Assembly: GCA_051117555.1 (NCBI GenBank) | Contig: JBNPEG010000033.1 | Location: 1 to 61,108 of the forward strand | Direction: 5' to 3' | Source of the DNA: Elainellaceae cyanobacterium | GTDB taxonomy: Bacteria; Cyanobacteriota; Cyanobacteriia; CAZCXK01 | DNA: 61,108 nt | Shown here: positions 42,118 through 51,422 of the stretch, piece after piece | Position numbering within the stretch: the stretch's first letter is position 1 | Layout: every line of letters starts with the position of its first letter | Notes under the pieces: model-generated | Told to the model about the DNA's origin: nothing | Seen by the model: only the letters and a program-made list of their open reading frames with translations | Databases searched by the model: none | Made by a program: the position numbers and the translations under genes

Positions 42118-42181
42118 GCCTCTATTGTAATCGCACTGTGGAAATCCGCTGTGCTATGGGCGACTTTAAAAATTAAGTGGG

Positions 42182-43381
42182 TTAAATGGGGCCCGGATGA
42201 ATTGCCGTCTCAGTTGGACGAATTAATACAACAGGCGTTTGTTCGTCTGCATTTCCTGCTGGATTTGTAATCAGGGCTTGTTCTAAAAACGATAAAGACA
42301 AGTCCGATGTCGCCGCCAAAATCTTTACCGCTTTCAAATCGTTGACATCAACGATCGCAGCCGACAAGCCCGTTTCCTGCTGAATCTGATTGACAACTTG
42401 GAGAGGATGGTCAGGACCCAGGACGATAAATTGATCATAGGGAGGTAACGTCCCGGTAACGTCATCGATGAGTCGAGCTTGTTCTCCTGCCAGCCGATAA
42501 AATACGCCGGGTATTCTCAACAACTTTTTGGCGATCGCCCCGATGATGAATGCAGTCACTACTCTTGCTGCACCCACAACGTCAATTAAGGCTTGCATTC
42601 CACACGCCGTTGCGAGGCTAGAGGTGGGCATAAAATAATAGCAAAGGCGTTTTGCGACCCAACCGGGCTTAATGTCTGCAGGATGCCGCCATCGTCCTTG
42701 CATAATTGCGACGGGGGTTTCGCCAAGCGTGACGATATCGCCAGGTTGAGCATGAGGAACGACATACCGCTTGATTACCGATACCGGATCATCCAGGTGA
42801 GTGAGCAGATGGGTTTTGACCGGCAGAATATCTGCATCGGCTGTAGGTCGCCAGCGATGCGAGTCCTCAGCCTGGGGAAACCGAAGCGGCACAATGATAT
42901 GACGCATCTTAGGAATACGACCTTCAGGCCCATAGGTCAGATAATGCACCCGAATCCAAGCAGCTCGAAGCTCATCCAGGTCTTCCCCCTGGATGTCTAA
43001 CGTAATATCGATATGCGTCGTTTTGCCAATTTTGACGATATAACCAAACCAATAGCCATCAGGTCGGGCAGCCGCATCCGGATGGCGGGGTGCGACTCGA
43101 GGCCGACAGTTGACATGGTCTAGACTGCCGCCTGACAGCAGCGTCACCTCGGCATCGACGTGAGGAACCATAATTTCTAGACGCTGGGTGCGATTGATCA
43201 ACTCTAAATCGCCTGTGAGTAGATATCGCTCTGGGCTCCGAATGTCTAGATTCCACTCACCCTCGGTGAGATCGAGCTGGTTGCCGGGTCGACGGCGATA
43301 TTGCCATTCGACAGCGCCTCCTCCTACCACGATTAGGGCCGCCAATGCGCCCAGCCCAATGCCAAGGCTTGCAATCACCAC
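42182..43381 (-). CDS. F420-0:gamma-glutamyl ligase (CofE)-like protein with N-terminal membrane anchor
   Basis: KTHLL, GETPVAIMQGR, SSLATACG, IDDVTGTLPPYD, DVNDL, NPAGNADEQTP. Confidence 0.82.
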   Translation of the reverse strand: MVIASLGIGLGALAALIVVGGGAVEWQYRRRPGNQLDLTEGEWNLDIRSPERYLLTGDLELINRTQRLEIMVPHVDAEVTLLSGGSLDHVNCRPRVAPRHPDAAARPDGYWFGYIVKIGKTTHIDITLDIQGEDLDELRAAWIRVHYLTYGPEGRIPKMRHIIVPLRFPQAEDSHRWRPTADADILPVKTHLLTHLDDPVSVIKRYVVPHAQPGDIVTLGETPVAIMQGRWRHPADIKPGWVAKRLCYYFMPTSSLATACGMQALIDVVGAARVVTAFIIGAIAKKLLRIPGVFYRLAGEQARLIDDVTGTLPPYDQFIVLGPDHPLQVVNQIQQETGLSAAIVDVNDLKAVKILAATSDLSLSFLEQALITNPAGNADEQTPVVLIRPTETAIHPGPI

Positions 43382-43613
43382 GTTGCCTCGCTTGTTGATA
43401 CTACTTGTAGCAAGTCTATAGAAATCAGGGACGCTAAAACATGTCCAACTCGAAACCTGGAGCTTTTTTCTCAGAAAGTTTATGAAAGATACTAAAAGAG
43501 ACTATTAGATAAAGACACAATCTGGATATGAGCATGGTTTAGATGCTGCAACGGAGTTGAAAATACAAATTTACAACCCTTAACGTTTTGGAGTACCATC
43601 CTGTCAAGGGATA

Positions 43614-43631
43614 TTTCTTAACATTTGTAAA
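43614..43631 (-). promoter_or_regulatory. Possible HLR1 (RpaB) site upstream of cruF
   Basis: Minus strand TTTACAAA-TG-TTAAGAAA imperfect direct repeat. Confidence 0.35.
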
Positions 43632-43684
43632 CTGAGTAAGAATAATCACTAAGGAAATCGCTAACTGATACGCTTCTGGGGAGT

Positions 43685-44632
43685 TTGTCAATGATTCGGC
43701 TCGTTGTCGCTGAACGTGTTTGTTTAATTGGTCATCTAGTATCGATGGCGTTTGGATTAGCAGGGTTACTGCTGGTGATGCCTAATCCAGCATTTTTGTC
43801 TGTATTGCCTGCCGGACAGACCCTTTTTGAATGGAGCATGGCCGGTGGTGGAGTCATTTATATTGTGCTAGGTACTGCAACGGTTGGGATCTATGCCTAT
43901 CGAATGCTAGGGCTGAGAGCCTTGCTCATGTTTATGGTTCCAGCGATCGCCATTTCGCTGAGTAGTGAGCTGATTGGCACGAGTACAGGCTTTCCCTTCG
44001 GAGATTATTCATATTTGAGTGGGTTGGGGTTCAAAATTGCGGGACGAGTCCCGTTTACAATTCCTCTGTCGTGGTTCTATCTAGGGCTGTCGTCCTACTT
44101 GCTGGCACGCTCAGGTCTAATGCAGACGCAGCAGTCGCTGAGCTGGTTCCGTCATCTCATCGCGATCGCCCTAGGAGCAATGCTTCTGACATCGTGGGAT
44201 TTTGTCCTTGATCCGGCAATGAGCCAGACGGCTTTGCCCTTTTGGTATTGGCACCAACCAGGTGCCTTCTTTGGCATGCCCTATCAAAACTTTGCCGGTT
44301 GGATGGCAACGGGAGCACTCTTTATGGGAATCACGGCTCTCCTGTGGAAACGGGGGGCTGTGTTCTTAAATCAGACTCAATTAAACGTGCCGCTCACGGT
44401 ATATCTAGGCAATTTCGTCTTTGCAATGGTGATGAGTCTCGCAGCGGGGTTTTGGATTCCAGTTTTGATGGGGATTGTTCTGGGAGTGGTGCCTGCGGTC
44501 GTGTGCTGGTGGCGATCGCCTCTGATCATTGACGCTGACGGAGACCTCCGCTCAGTCATGTCAGCTCATTCGACCTCTGAGAACTTACCTCATCATGGCT
44601 CAACCCGCCCTGTCGGAGTGACCAGCAAGTGA
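43685..44632 (+). CDS. cruF: Gamma-carotene 1'-hydroxylase CruF
   Basis: GHLVSMAFGLAG, SELIGTSTGFPFG.Y.Y, WDFVLDPAM, GMPYQNF. Confidence 0.9.
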   Translation: MSMIRLVVAERVCLIGHLVSMAFGLAGLLLVMPNPAFLSVLPAGQTLFEWSMAGGGVIYIVLGTATVGIYAYRMLGLRALLMFMVPAIAISLSSELIGTSTGFPFGDYSYLSGLGFKIAGRVPFTIPLSWFYLGLSSYLLARSGLMQTQQSLSWFRHLIAIALGAMLLTSWDFVLDPAMSQTALPFWYWHQPGAFFGMPYQNFAGWMATGALFMGITALLWKRGAVFLNQTQLNVPLTVYLGNFVFAMVMSLAAGFWIPVLMGIVLGVVPAVVCWWRSPLIIDADGDLRSVMSAHSTSENLPHHGSTRPVGVTSK

Positions 44633-45858
44633 CTGAATGGCCTGTTCGCATCGATGGTGGGATGATGAGTGATCTGACCCTCCTGCTCTCCGGATGCTGC
44701 CTGATTTTGATGAGTCTTCAGCTTCCAGCCGTAGCAATTTGGTTGTCTCGACTCCTAAGAGGGCCATTTCGGCATCCTCCATTGGTGCCCCAGCATCCTA
44801 CTCCTGACATGCTAGGAACGGTCAGTGTCGTCGTGCCAACCCTCAACGAAGCGGAACGCATCGGACCATGCTTAGCTGGGTTAAGTCGCCAGAGCTATGA
44901 GGTTCGAGAAATTATTGTGGTCGATAGCCATTCAGAAGACGGCACGGTCGATCAGGTTAAATCAGCTCAGCTTCACGATCCGCGAATTCGCCTGATATTT
45001 GACGAGCCATTACCGACCGACTGGGTGGGGCGTCCGTGGGCACTGCATACGGGGTTTTTGCATAGCTCTGAACAGAGCGAATGGGTGTTAGGTATCGATG
45101 CAGACACGCGCCCTCAACCTGAGCTAGCAGCAAGCTTAATTTTGGTGGCGCAATCGGAAGGATATGACCTCGTGTCTCTGTCTCCTCGATTTATCCTCAA
45201 GACCCCCGGAGAATTTTGGTTGCAGCCCGCCTTGCTGATGACGTTGATTTACAGATTTGGTGCGTCTGGAGAAGCTCCCAACGCGCCAGAGAGAGTGATG
45301 GCAAATGGCCAGTGTTTTTTATGTCGGCGATCGCGCCTTGTTGACCTTGACGGGTATACCCATGCTCGTCACTCGTTTTGCGATGATGTGACGCTCGCTC
45401 GCTATGCGGCTCGTCAGGGAGCCCGCGTTGGGTTTCTGGATGGGGCCCGTTTGATCAGCGTCAGGATGTATGAAGGAGCCGCCGAAACCTGGCGAGAATG
45501 GGGGCGATCGCTCGATTTGAAGGATGCAGGATCGAGCCTTCAAACGTGGGGCGATGTGGGCTTTTTGATTGCGGTACAGGGAGTGCCAATCATCGTGACG
45601 CTTGGGCTATCAATGGCAATCAGTCTGGGACTTAGAACTCCGTTTATTTGGGCAGCCCTGGGCATCAATGGAGGATTGGTTGCCATTCGATTTGCGCTCT
45701 TGGGGGCGATCGCCTCATCCTATGACTGGGCTGCTAGCAAATCCGCCTCGTGGGCATTCTGGCTGTCTCCATTAGCCGATCCCCTAGCCGTTTATCGAAT
45801 TTTTCTTTCCGCTCGACAAACCCCCACCCAATGGCGTGGACGCACTTATCATTCATAA
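44629..45858 (+). CDS. cruG: Carotenoid 2'-O-glycosyltransferase CruG (GT2)
   Basis: VVVPTLNEA, WVGRPWAL, DAD, ANGQCF, SFCDDV, WGRSLDLKD; follows cruF. Confidence 0.9.
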   Translation: MTEWPVRIDGGMMSDLTLLLSGCCLILMSLQLPAVAIWLSRLLRGPFRHPPLVPQHPTPDMLGTVSVVVPTLNEAERIGPCLAGLSRQSYEVREIIVVDSHSEDGTVDQVKSAQLHDPRIRLIFDEPLPTDWVGRPWALHTGFLHSSEQSEWVLGIDADTRPQPELAASLILVAQSEGYDLVSLSPRFILKTPGEFWLQPALLMTLIYRFGASGEAPNAPERVMANGQCFLCRRSRLVDLDGYTHARHSFCDDVTLARYAARQGARVGFLDGARLISVRMYEGAAETWREWGRSLDLKDAGSSLQTWGDVGFLIAVQGVPIIVTLGLSMAISLGLRTPFIWAALGINGGLVAIRFALLGAIASSYDWAASKSASWAFWLSPLADPLAVYRIFLSARQTPTQWRGRTYHS

Positions 45859-45876
45859 TCAACGACAGACAGATTT

Positions 45877-46686
45877 ATGCTTGATCTTCTCCAGGATGTT
45901 CCGGTTCTCTACCTCGGTTTGATCGGCAGCACCCTTGCGGGAGTTGCCACGGGAGTGGGCGCGATCCCCATTTTGTTTATCCGCCGAGTCACAGCAAATA
46001 CCCAAGGCATCATGCTGGGATTTGGAGCTGGAGTAATGCTGGCCGCATCTTCCTTTTCGCTGATTATTCCGGGCATTGAGGCAGCCGTCGAACAAATTGA
46101 TAGTGACCTTTATGCCGCGTTTAGCGTTGCCATTGGCATTCTACTCGGGGGTATATTTCTCTGGTTGAGCAACCGGTATTTTCCTCATGAACACTTTTTC
46201 AAGGGACAGGAGGGAGTTAACCTTGCCAATCTTCGGCGAATCTGGCTATTTATTATTGCGATCGCCATCCACAATTTTCCAGAAGGGTTAGCCGTTGGAG
46301 TCGGCTTTGGAGGCGGCAATATTGCGAGTGGCACGGCACTTGCCATCGGCATCGGGTTGCAAAATCTTCCAGAGGGCCTGGTGGTTGCGCTATCGCTGGT
46401 TGCAGAGCGCTATACCAAATGGGATGCCATTTTCATCGGATTGCTGACGGGGTTAGTTGAGCCAATCGGTGGTTTTATTGGCGCAGCGGCTGTTTCGATT
46501 TCACGCCCAGTTTTACCCTACGCAATGGGGTTTGCAGCAGGCGCGATGTTGTTTGTAATCAGCGATGAGATTATTCCCGAATCGAATCGGCTCGGTTCAG
46601 ACAGCCCCGGCTATGAAAAGGCAGCAACCGCTGGGCTGATGGTGGGGTTTGTGCTGATGATGTTTTTGGATGTGACCTTGGGATAA
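45877..46686 (+). CDS. ZIP-family (ZupT/GufA-like) metal transporter
   Basis: HNFPEGLAVG, LQNLPEG, GLVEPIG, FAAGAM, EIIPE. Confidence 0.93.
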   Translation: MLDLLQDVPVLYLGLIGSTLAGVATGVGAIPILFIRRVTANTQGIMLGFGAGVMLAASSFSLIIPGIEAAVEQIDSDLYAAFSVAIGILLGGIFLWLSNRYFPHEHFFKGQEGVNLANLRRIWLFIIAIAIHNFPEGLAVGVGFGGGNIASGTALAIGIGLQNLPEGLVVALSLVAERYTKWDAIFIGLLTGLVEPIGGFIGAAAVSISRPVLPYAMGFAAGAMLFVISDEIIPESNRLGSDSPGYEKAATAGLMVGFVLMMFLDVTLG

Positions 46687-46905
46687 AGCCGAGGGATTCA
46701 GCAAAAAAAAGGGCGATCGCCCCATCATTGAGCCAATCAAGCAGAGCTTGTAAGCTAGGAGCGATCGCCTCCTTTACACGCATTCATTCACCTGTAAACG
46801 AACCATATCAACCCCACATGTCATCGCTATGTTCGAGAGATGAACATGATATGACAATCCGGGTTCACCGATGCACAACCCGTAGTGTGATGGAAACAGT
46901 AGTAG

Positions 46906-46933
46906 GGAACTTCGTCAATCATCAGTGCGTCAA
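46906..46933 (+). promoter_or_regulatory. Putative ECF/SigG-type promoter upstream of wzc
   Basis: GGAACT-N16-CGTCAA. Confidence 0.45.
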
Positions 46934-47120
46934 TCCAAACCACGAGTATATTCCCGGATGCCTCTGGAGACTGCTAAGAGCCCAATCTAGCTCTATGCTT
47001 AGATTTTTCCGTCATGCTTGTCTCTAACTGGTTGATGACATGGTTATGACACGCATATCGTTCACCCTTCGGCACTATCAACACGCTAACCTGCCTTGTG
47101 CAATCATACTGCTGGCTTTG

Positions 47121-47213
47121 TATAGCCGTACGCTCTCGCGTTAGGACGTTAAACGTGTGCGAGCCCCCGCGCCGCGGGGACTCACCACACAAACCTAGGC
47201 CCGCAGGGCTATA
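47121..47213 (-). mobile_element. TATAGC-ended MITE, family B
   Basis: Near-identical reverse copy of 18381-18474. Confidence 0.85.
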
Positions 47214-47295
47214 GTCGCAGAGCCAATGGAATAAGGGGCTGCATTCTACCCATCGAACTGCTGAAGTTGCAATCTAAGCCCTTACTCCAAGCCCT

Positions 47296-49503
47296 ATGGA
47301 ATCTAGAGAGTATTCTGAAGATATTGATCTCCAAAAATATTGGCTAGTCCTCAAACGACGCTGGTTTCCGGCATCATTCGTATTTGGCACCACCGTTGTT
47401 CTAGCAGCCTTATTCACAGCATTACAAGAGCCTGTTTACGAAGCCAAAGCCAAACTGCTCATTAAGCCCGACCGTGCGACCTCGCTAACGGGGCTGGAGA
47501 GCCAAATTGGGCGAGGCGATGTTGAAGTTCTGTCAGCAAAAAGCGAACCGCTCAGTACGCAGGCTGAGATTATCAAATCGTTACCCGTGGCTCAAGCGAC
47601 CGTTGAAGCCTTAGATCTCCGCGCTGCAAACGGTGAATTCATCGATCCGCAAAAAATCGCCAACGGGGTGAGCGTCAAGCCTCTTCCTGGAACGGACGTG
47701 CTGCAAATTTCATACCAAGAAAATGACCCAGAGTTGGCAGCCGCTGTTGTCAATCAGGTCATGGCAGAATATCAGCAAAAAAATATTTTCATGAACCGAG
47801 CCGAAGCAGCCGCAGCGCTCGAGTTTATCAATGAGCAATTACCCCAAACCGAAGCGGCTGTCGTTGAGGCAGAAGAAAAACTGCGACGCTTCAAAGAAGC
47901 CAATGGCATCATCATCTTAGAAGAAGAATCAAGCGCCGCTGTGACGACGCTCTCTAATCTTGACCGCGAGATTACCCAAGTGCAGGCTGAGCTATCCGAA
48001 GTGAGCGCTCAAGCTGCCGAACTTCGCAACCAGGTCGGCATGGGCGCTCAAGAATCCGTGGAAATGAGTTCGCTGAGCCAGTCGGTCGGCGTTCAAGAAG
48101 CATTGCTCAAGCTGCAAGAAGTGCAAAGCGAATTGGCGGCTGAGCGAGCCCGCTACCAGGATGGGCATCCCACAATTGCGACGTTGCTACGTGAAGAAGA
48201 AAGGCTCACGAATTTAGTTCAGCAACGTGTTGGGCAAGTTTTAGGACGCGATCAGTCGGTGGCGGTGGGCAATTTGCAGCTTGGAGAAATCGAGCAGGGA
48301 CTCATCGCCGATTACGTGCAAACCGAGGTTCAACGGCTGGGATTAGTGCGGCGGCTCAATCAGTTGTCGAATTCACAGGCAACCTTCCAAGCTCGCAAGA
48401 GTGCCTTACCCGAGTTAGAGCAAACCCACCGAGAACTTGAACGCCAGCTCACTGCCTCTCAAACCACCTATGAAGCTCTGCTAACCCAGCTCCAAGAGGT
48501 TGAGGTTTCGCAAAACCAAGTGGTCGGGAATGCTCAGGTGATTTCAGAGGCGCTTGTGCCAGCCGGAGCGATCGCCCCCAATAAAAAGCTAGGGATTGCC
48601 GCAGGTGTAGTGCTCGGCCTCATTTTGGCGATCGCCACTGCCTTCTTGATTGACCTGATTGACAAGTCTGTCAAAACGGTTCGCGAGGCCAAAGACCTGT
48701 TCGACTATCCGGTATTGGGAATCATTCCCGCATTTGGCAACGCCGATTCTAAGCGATCGCACGTGACGCATGAGGATTTGGATAATGCTCGCGTGATTGT
48801 CAAACATGTGCCCCATTCGCCTGTTGCGGCAGCCTATCAAATGCTGCAAGCGAATTTGAAATTCTTAAAAACCGATGGACCATTACAAACGATTGCGATT
48901 ACCAGCTCAGTCCCCAAAGAAGGCAAATCTGAAGTAGCAGCTAACCTGGCCGCGGCGATCGCCCAAGTCGGTCGCAGAGTGTTGCTCATCGATGCTGACC
49001 TCCGGTTTCCATCCCAACATCATCTGTGGAACATCACCAACACGATGGGCTTGAGCAACATCATCGTGGGTCAAGTAGCCGTTGAGGAAGTGATCCAGCG
49101 CGCAATGCCTAACCTGGATGTGTTAACGGCGGGCGTGATTCCACCCAACCCGATTGCGCTGCTTGATTCGAGGCGAATGGCAAGTCTAATTCAGCACTTT
49201 TCTCAGCGCTATGACTTTGTCATCCTTGATACGCCAGCCTTGGCAGGTGCGGCAGATGCGCCCACCGTGGGCAAAATGGTCGATGGCACTCTGCTCGTGG
49301 TGCGTCCTGGCGTCGTCGATGCGACCGGCGCAAAGACATCCCGAGAATTTCTAACTCGCTCCAATCTGAAAGTGTTAGGGCTTGTCGCCAATGGTGTTAT
49401 CGCCAAGAACGAACCCGACAGCTATTTCTACTATCAAGGTTCGACGCCAAGCCCAACCGTCGCACCCTCCGAAGAATCCACCATTGCAGAGCCTCGCACA
49501 TGA
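47296..49503 (+). CDS. wzc: Polysaccharide co-polymerase/tyrosine autokinase (Wzc/GumC family)
   Basis: Two TM helices flanking a coiled coil; Walker A SVPKEGKS; DADLR; DTP; Tyr cluster SYFYY. Confidence 0.92.
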   Translation: MESREYSEDIDLQKYWLVLKRRWFPASFVFGTTVVLAALFTALQEPVYEAKAKLLIKPDRATSLTGLESQIGRGDVEVLSAKSEPLSTQAEIIKSLPVAQATVEALDLRAANGEFIDPQKIANGVSVKPLPGTDVLQISYQENDPELAAAVVNQVMAEYQQKNIFMNRAEAAAALEFINEQLPQTEAAVVEAEEKLRRFKEANGIIILEEESSAAVTTLSNLDREITQVQAELSEVSAQAAELRNQVGMGAQESVEMSSLSQSVGVQEALLKLQEVQSELAAERARYQDGHPTIATLLREEERLTNLVQQRVGQVLGRDQSVAVGNLQLGEIEQGLIADYVQTEVQRLGLVRRLNQLSNSQATFQARKSALPELEQTHRELERQLTASQTTYEALLTQLQEVEVSQNQVVGNAQVISEALVPAGAIAPNKKLGIAAGVVLGLILAIATAFLIDLIDKSVKTVREAKDLFDYPVLGIIPAFGNADSKRSHVTHEDLDNARVIVKHVPHSPVAAAYQMLQANLKFLKTDGPLQTIAITSSVPKEGKSEVAANLAAAIAQVGRRVLLIDADLRFPSQHHLWNITNTMGLSNIIVGQVAVEEVIQRAMPNLDVLTAGVIPPNPIALLDSRRMASLIQHFSQRYDFVILDTPALAGAADAPTVGKMVDGTLLVVRPGVVDATGAKTSREFLTRSNLKVLGLVANGVIAKNEPDSYFYYQGSTPSPTVAPSEESTIAEPRT

Positions 49504-49539
49504 TTCCCTGATAGTCATACACTCTGTCCCGTATCTAGG

Positions 49540-50601
49540 TTGATCATCATGCTAAAGCCGTTGAAATTATTTCTGTATTCGTCACTAGTCGCCGTGCTCG
49601 TGCCCCTGGTGTCCACCCCGGCCCTCTCTCAAACCTCGTCTGCGGCAGAAGCCTCGATCGAGCTTGAAGCTGTCCAGTCTTTCTATATCTTAGGAACGGG
49701 CGATCAGCTTGAAATCACGGTGTTTGGGTACGAAGAATTTACCGGATCAAAGGTGATTTTGTCAGATGGCACCATTACGCTGCCGATCATTGGGGCGATC
49801 CGCGCGGCAGGAAAGACGCCCGAAGCGCTGACCCAAGAACTGACCTCTCGATTACAACCGTATCTGGTCGATCCATTTGTGACGGTGAATCTGACCACCC
49901 TCCGCCCGGTGGTCGTGAATGTGGCAGGCGAGGTGCAACGCCCAGGCCCCGTGCAGTTGAGAAGTCTGACAGCGGCAGCCCGTGAAAGTGGAGGCACGCC
50001 AGAAGCTGCCCTCGCAGCGTCTCCGACGGTTAGTTCGGCACTGATGGAAGCTGGAGGAGTGACGCGCAACGCCAACATTCAAGAAGTCGTGCTGCGGCGA
50101 TCGCTCCCCAACGGTGAATCAACCACTCTAACGCTCAATTTATGGGACGCAATTTGGTCTGAAAATCAGCCTGAAGATCTGATTTTACAGCCTGGCGACT
50201 CGATTCTTGTGCCCCGGCTTGCGGCAGACTCCACCATCGACCGCCGACTCCTTTCTCGCTCAACCCTGGCACCTGATGTCGTGCGCGTGCGCGTGGTCGG
50301 GGAAGTGACCCAACCTGGAGAGGTGCAAATCCCGCCTGACAGCACCCTTTCAGATGCTGTTGCAACGGCGGGCGGGCCAACGGGCGATGCAAGCCTGCGC
50401 CGCGCCGAATTTATCCGGCTCAATGAAGATGGCACCATCGATCGCCAACGAATTGACCTCAGCGATTTGAATGATGACTTCCAGATTCAAGAAGGCGACG
50501 TCGTCATCGTGCCTCAGCGACGCGCGTTTAGAGCCTTGGATATTGCAGGGCGGGTGCTAAGCCCGTTTGGATCATTGCTCAACATCATCAATCGGTTTTG
50601 A
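49540..50601 (+). CDS. wza: Polysaccharide export protein (Wza/OPX family, SLBB repeats)
   Basis: YILGTGDQL, DGTITLP.IG, GEVQRPG, AGG, QEGDVVIVP. Confidence 0.88.
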   Translation: MIIMLKPLKLFLYSSLVAVLVPLVSTPALSQTSSAAEASIELEAVQSFYILGTGDQLEITVFGYEEFTGSKVILSDGTITLPIIGAIRAAGKTPEALTQELTSRLQPYLVDPFVTVNLTTLRPVVVNVAGEVQRPGPVQLRSLTAAARESGGTPEAALAASPTVSSALMEAGGVTRNANIQEVVLRRSLPNGESTTLTLNLWDAIWSENQPEDLILQPGDSILVPRLAADSTIDRRLLSRSTLAPDVVRVRVVGEVTQPGEVQIPPDSTLSDAVATAGGPTGDASLRRAEFIRLNEDGTIDRQRIDLSDLNDDFQIQEGDVVIVPQRRAFRALDIAGRVLSPFGSLLNIINRF

Positions 50602-50622
50602 TCTCCAGTGTTACTGCACAGG

Positions 50623-51207
50623 TTAGATATTGGAAGTGCCGTTCAGCGTAAATCCCGATCTCACCTGCCAGACATGTCCGTCATGGCTCAACAGCGTCAG
50701 GCGATCGCTGACAAATTCAAATTGAACGGACACCGGCGATACATCTGCCCATGCTTGTTTGAACACCGATCGCGCCATATTCCGAGACGCAACCGTAACG
50801 TGGGGCGAGAAGGCGCGGCTCTTTGATTTTGGATCAACAATGCCAAGGCGATTTTCTAGATGCGCTAATAGATGAGCATGAAGGTCTAACAGCTCCGGAC
50901 TTTTAATCACGTTGATATAAATCACGCGGGGACGAAATGCTCCAAACCCTGACAACGTAACGGGAACGGGCACTGCTTTGGATGCAAACTCTTGAATACT
51001 AGACTCTAGAGCGACGACATTCTCCACCTGCCACTCGAAGGGTGGGAAGAGGGTGATGTGGGGCGGTGCTTTGGCTGCTCGCGTGTTGTAGCGATCGCCC
51101 AAATCCTTCGTGACCTGATTGGCATACTCCTGCACCTGAAGCGGGAGCAGTAGCGCCACAAAAAATTTAGAATATCCAGCTTCTATCGGCATCGCAACTC
51201 TATTCAT
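50623..51207 (-). CDS. 2H phosphoesterase (2'-5' RNA ligase family)
   Basis: Two HxT motifs: PHITL and PHVTV. Confidence 0.9.
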   Translation of the reverse strand: MNRVAMPIEAGYSKFFVALLLPLQVQEYANQVTKDLGDRYNTRAAKAPPHITLFPPFEWQVENVVALESSIQEFASKAVPVPVTLSGFGAFRPRVIYINVIKSPELLDLHAHLLAHLENRLGIVDPKSKSRAFSPHVTVASRNMARSVFKQAWADVSPVSVQFEFVSDRLTLLSHDGHVWQVRSGFTLNGTSNI

Positions 51208-51245
51208 CCAATCGAGTATTCATCCAACTGAGTCAATATCATCGC

Positions 51246-51352
51246 TATATATAGCGATATATATAGCGATATATATAGCAATCCCAGATGGGGTGTGAGC
51301 GGTGGGGGGGCTACACATGGTCAGCGTTCTAACGCAAGAGCGTAACGCTATA
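51246..51352. mobile_element. Chimeric family A/B MITE (51274-51352) preceded by a 12-bp tandem repeat
   Basis: Left arm is the reverse complement of the 27390-27475 right end; right arm resembles the family B end. TATATATAGCGA-type unit x3 at 51246-51281. Confidence 0.7.
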
Positions 51353-51422
51353 CAATTCAAGGTATCCTTAAAAGTCCAATCCGCTCTTTTTAATCTGTTC
51401 ATTAACCTAACAAACGCTATCC

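Noticed and set aside
47057..47100. glnA-type glutamine riboswitch (ATCGTTCA start)
   Set aside because: The downstream CGGAAGTAG and GAAGGAACG core is absent.
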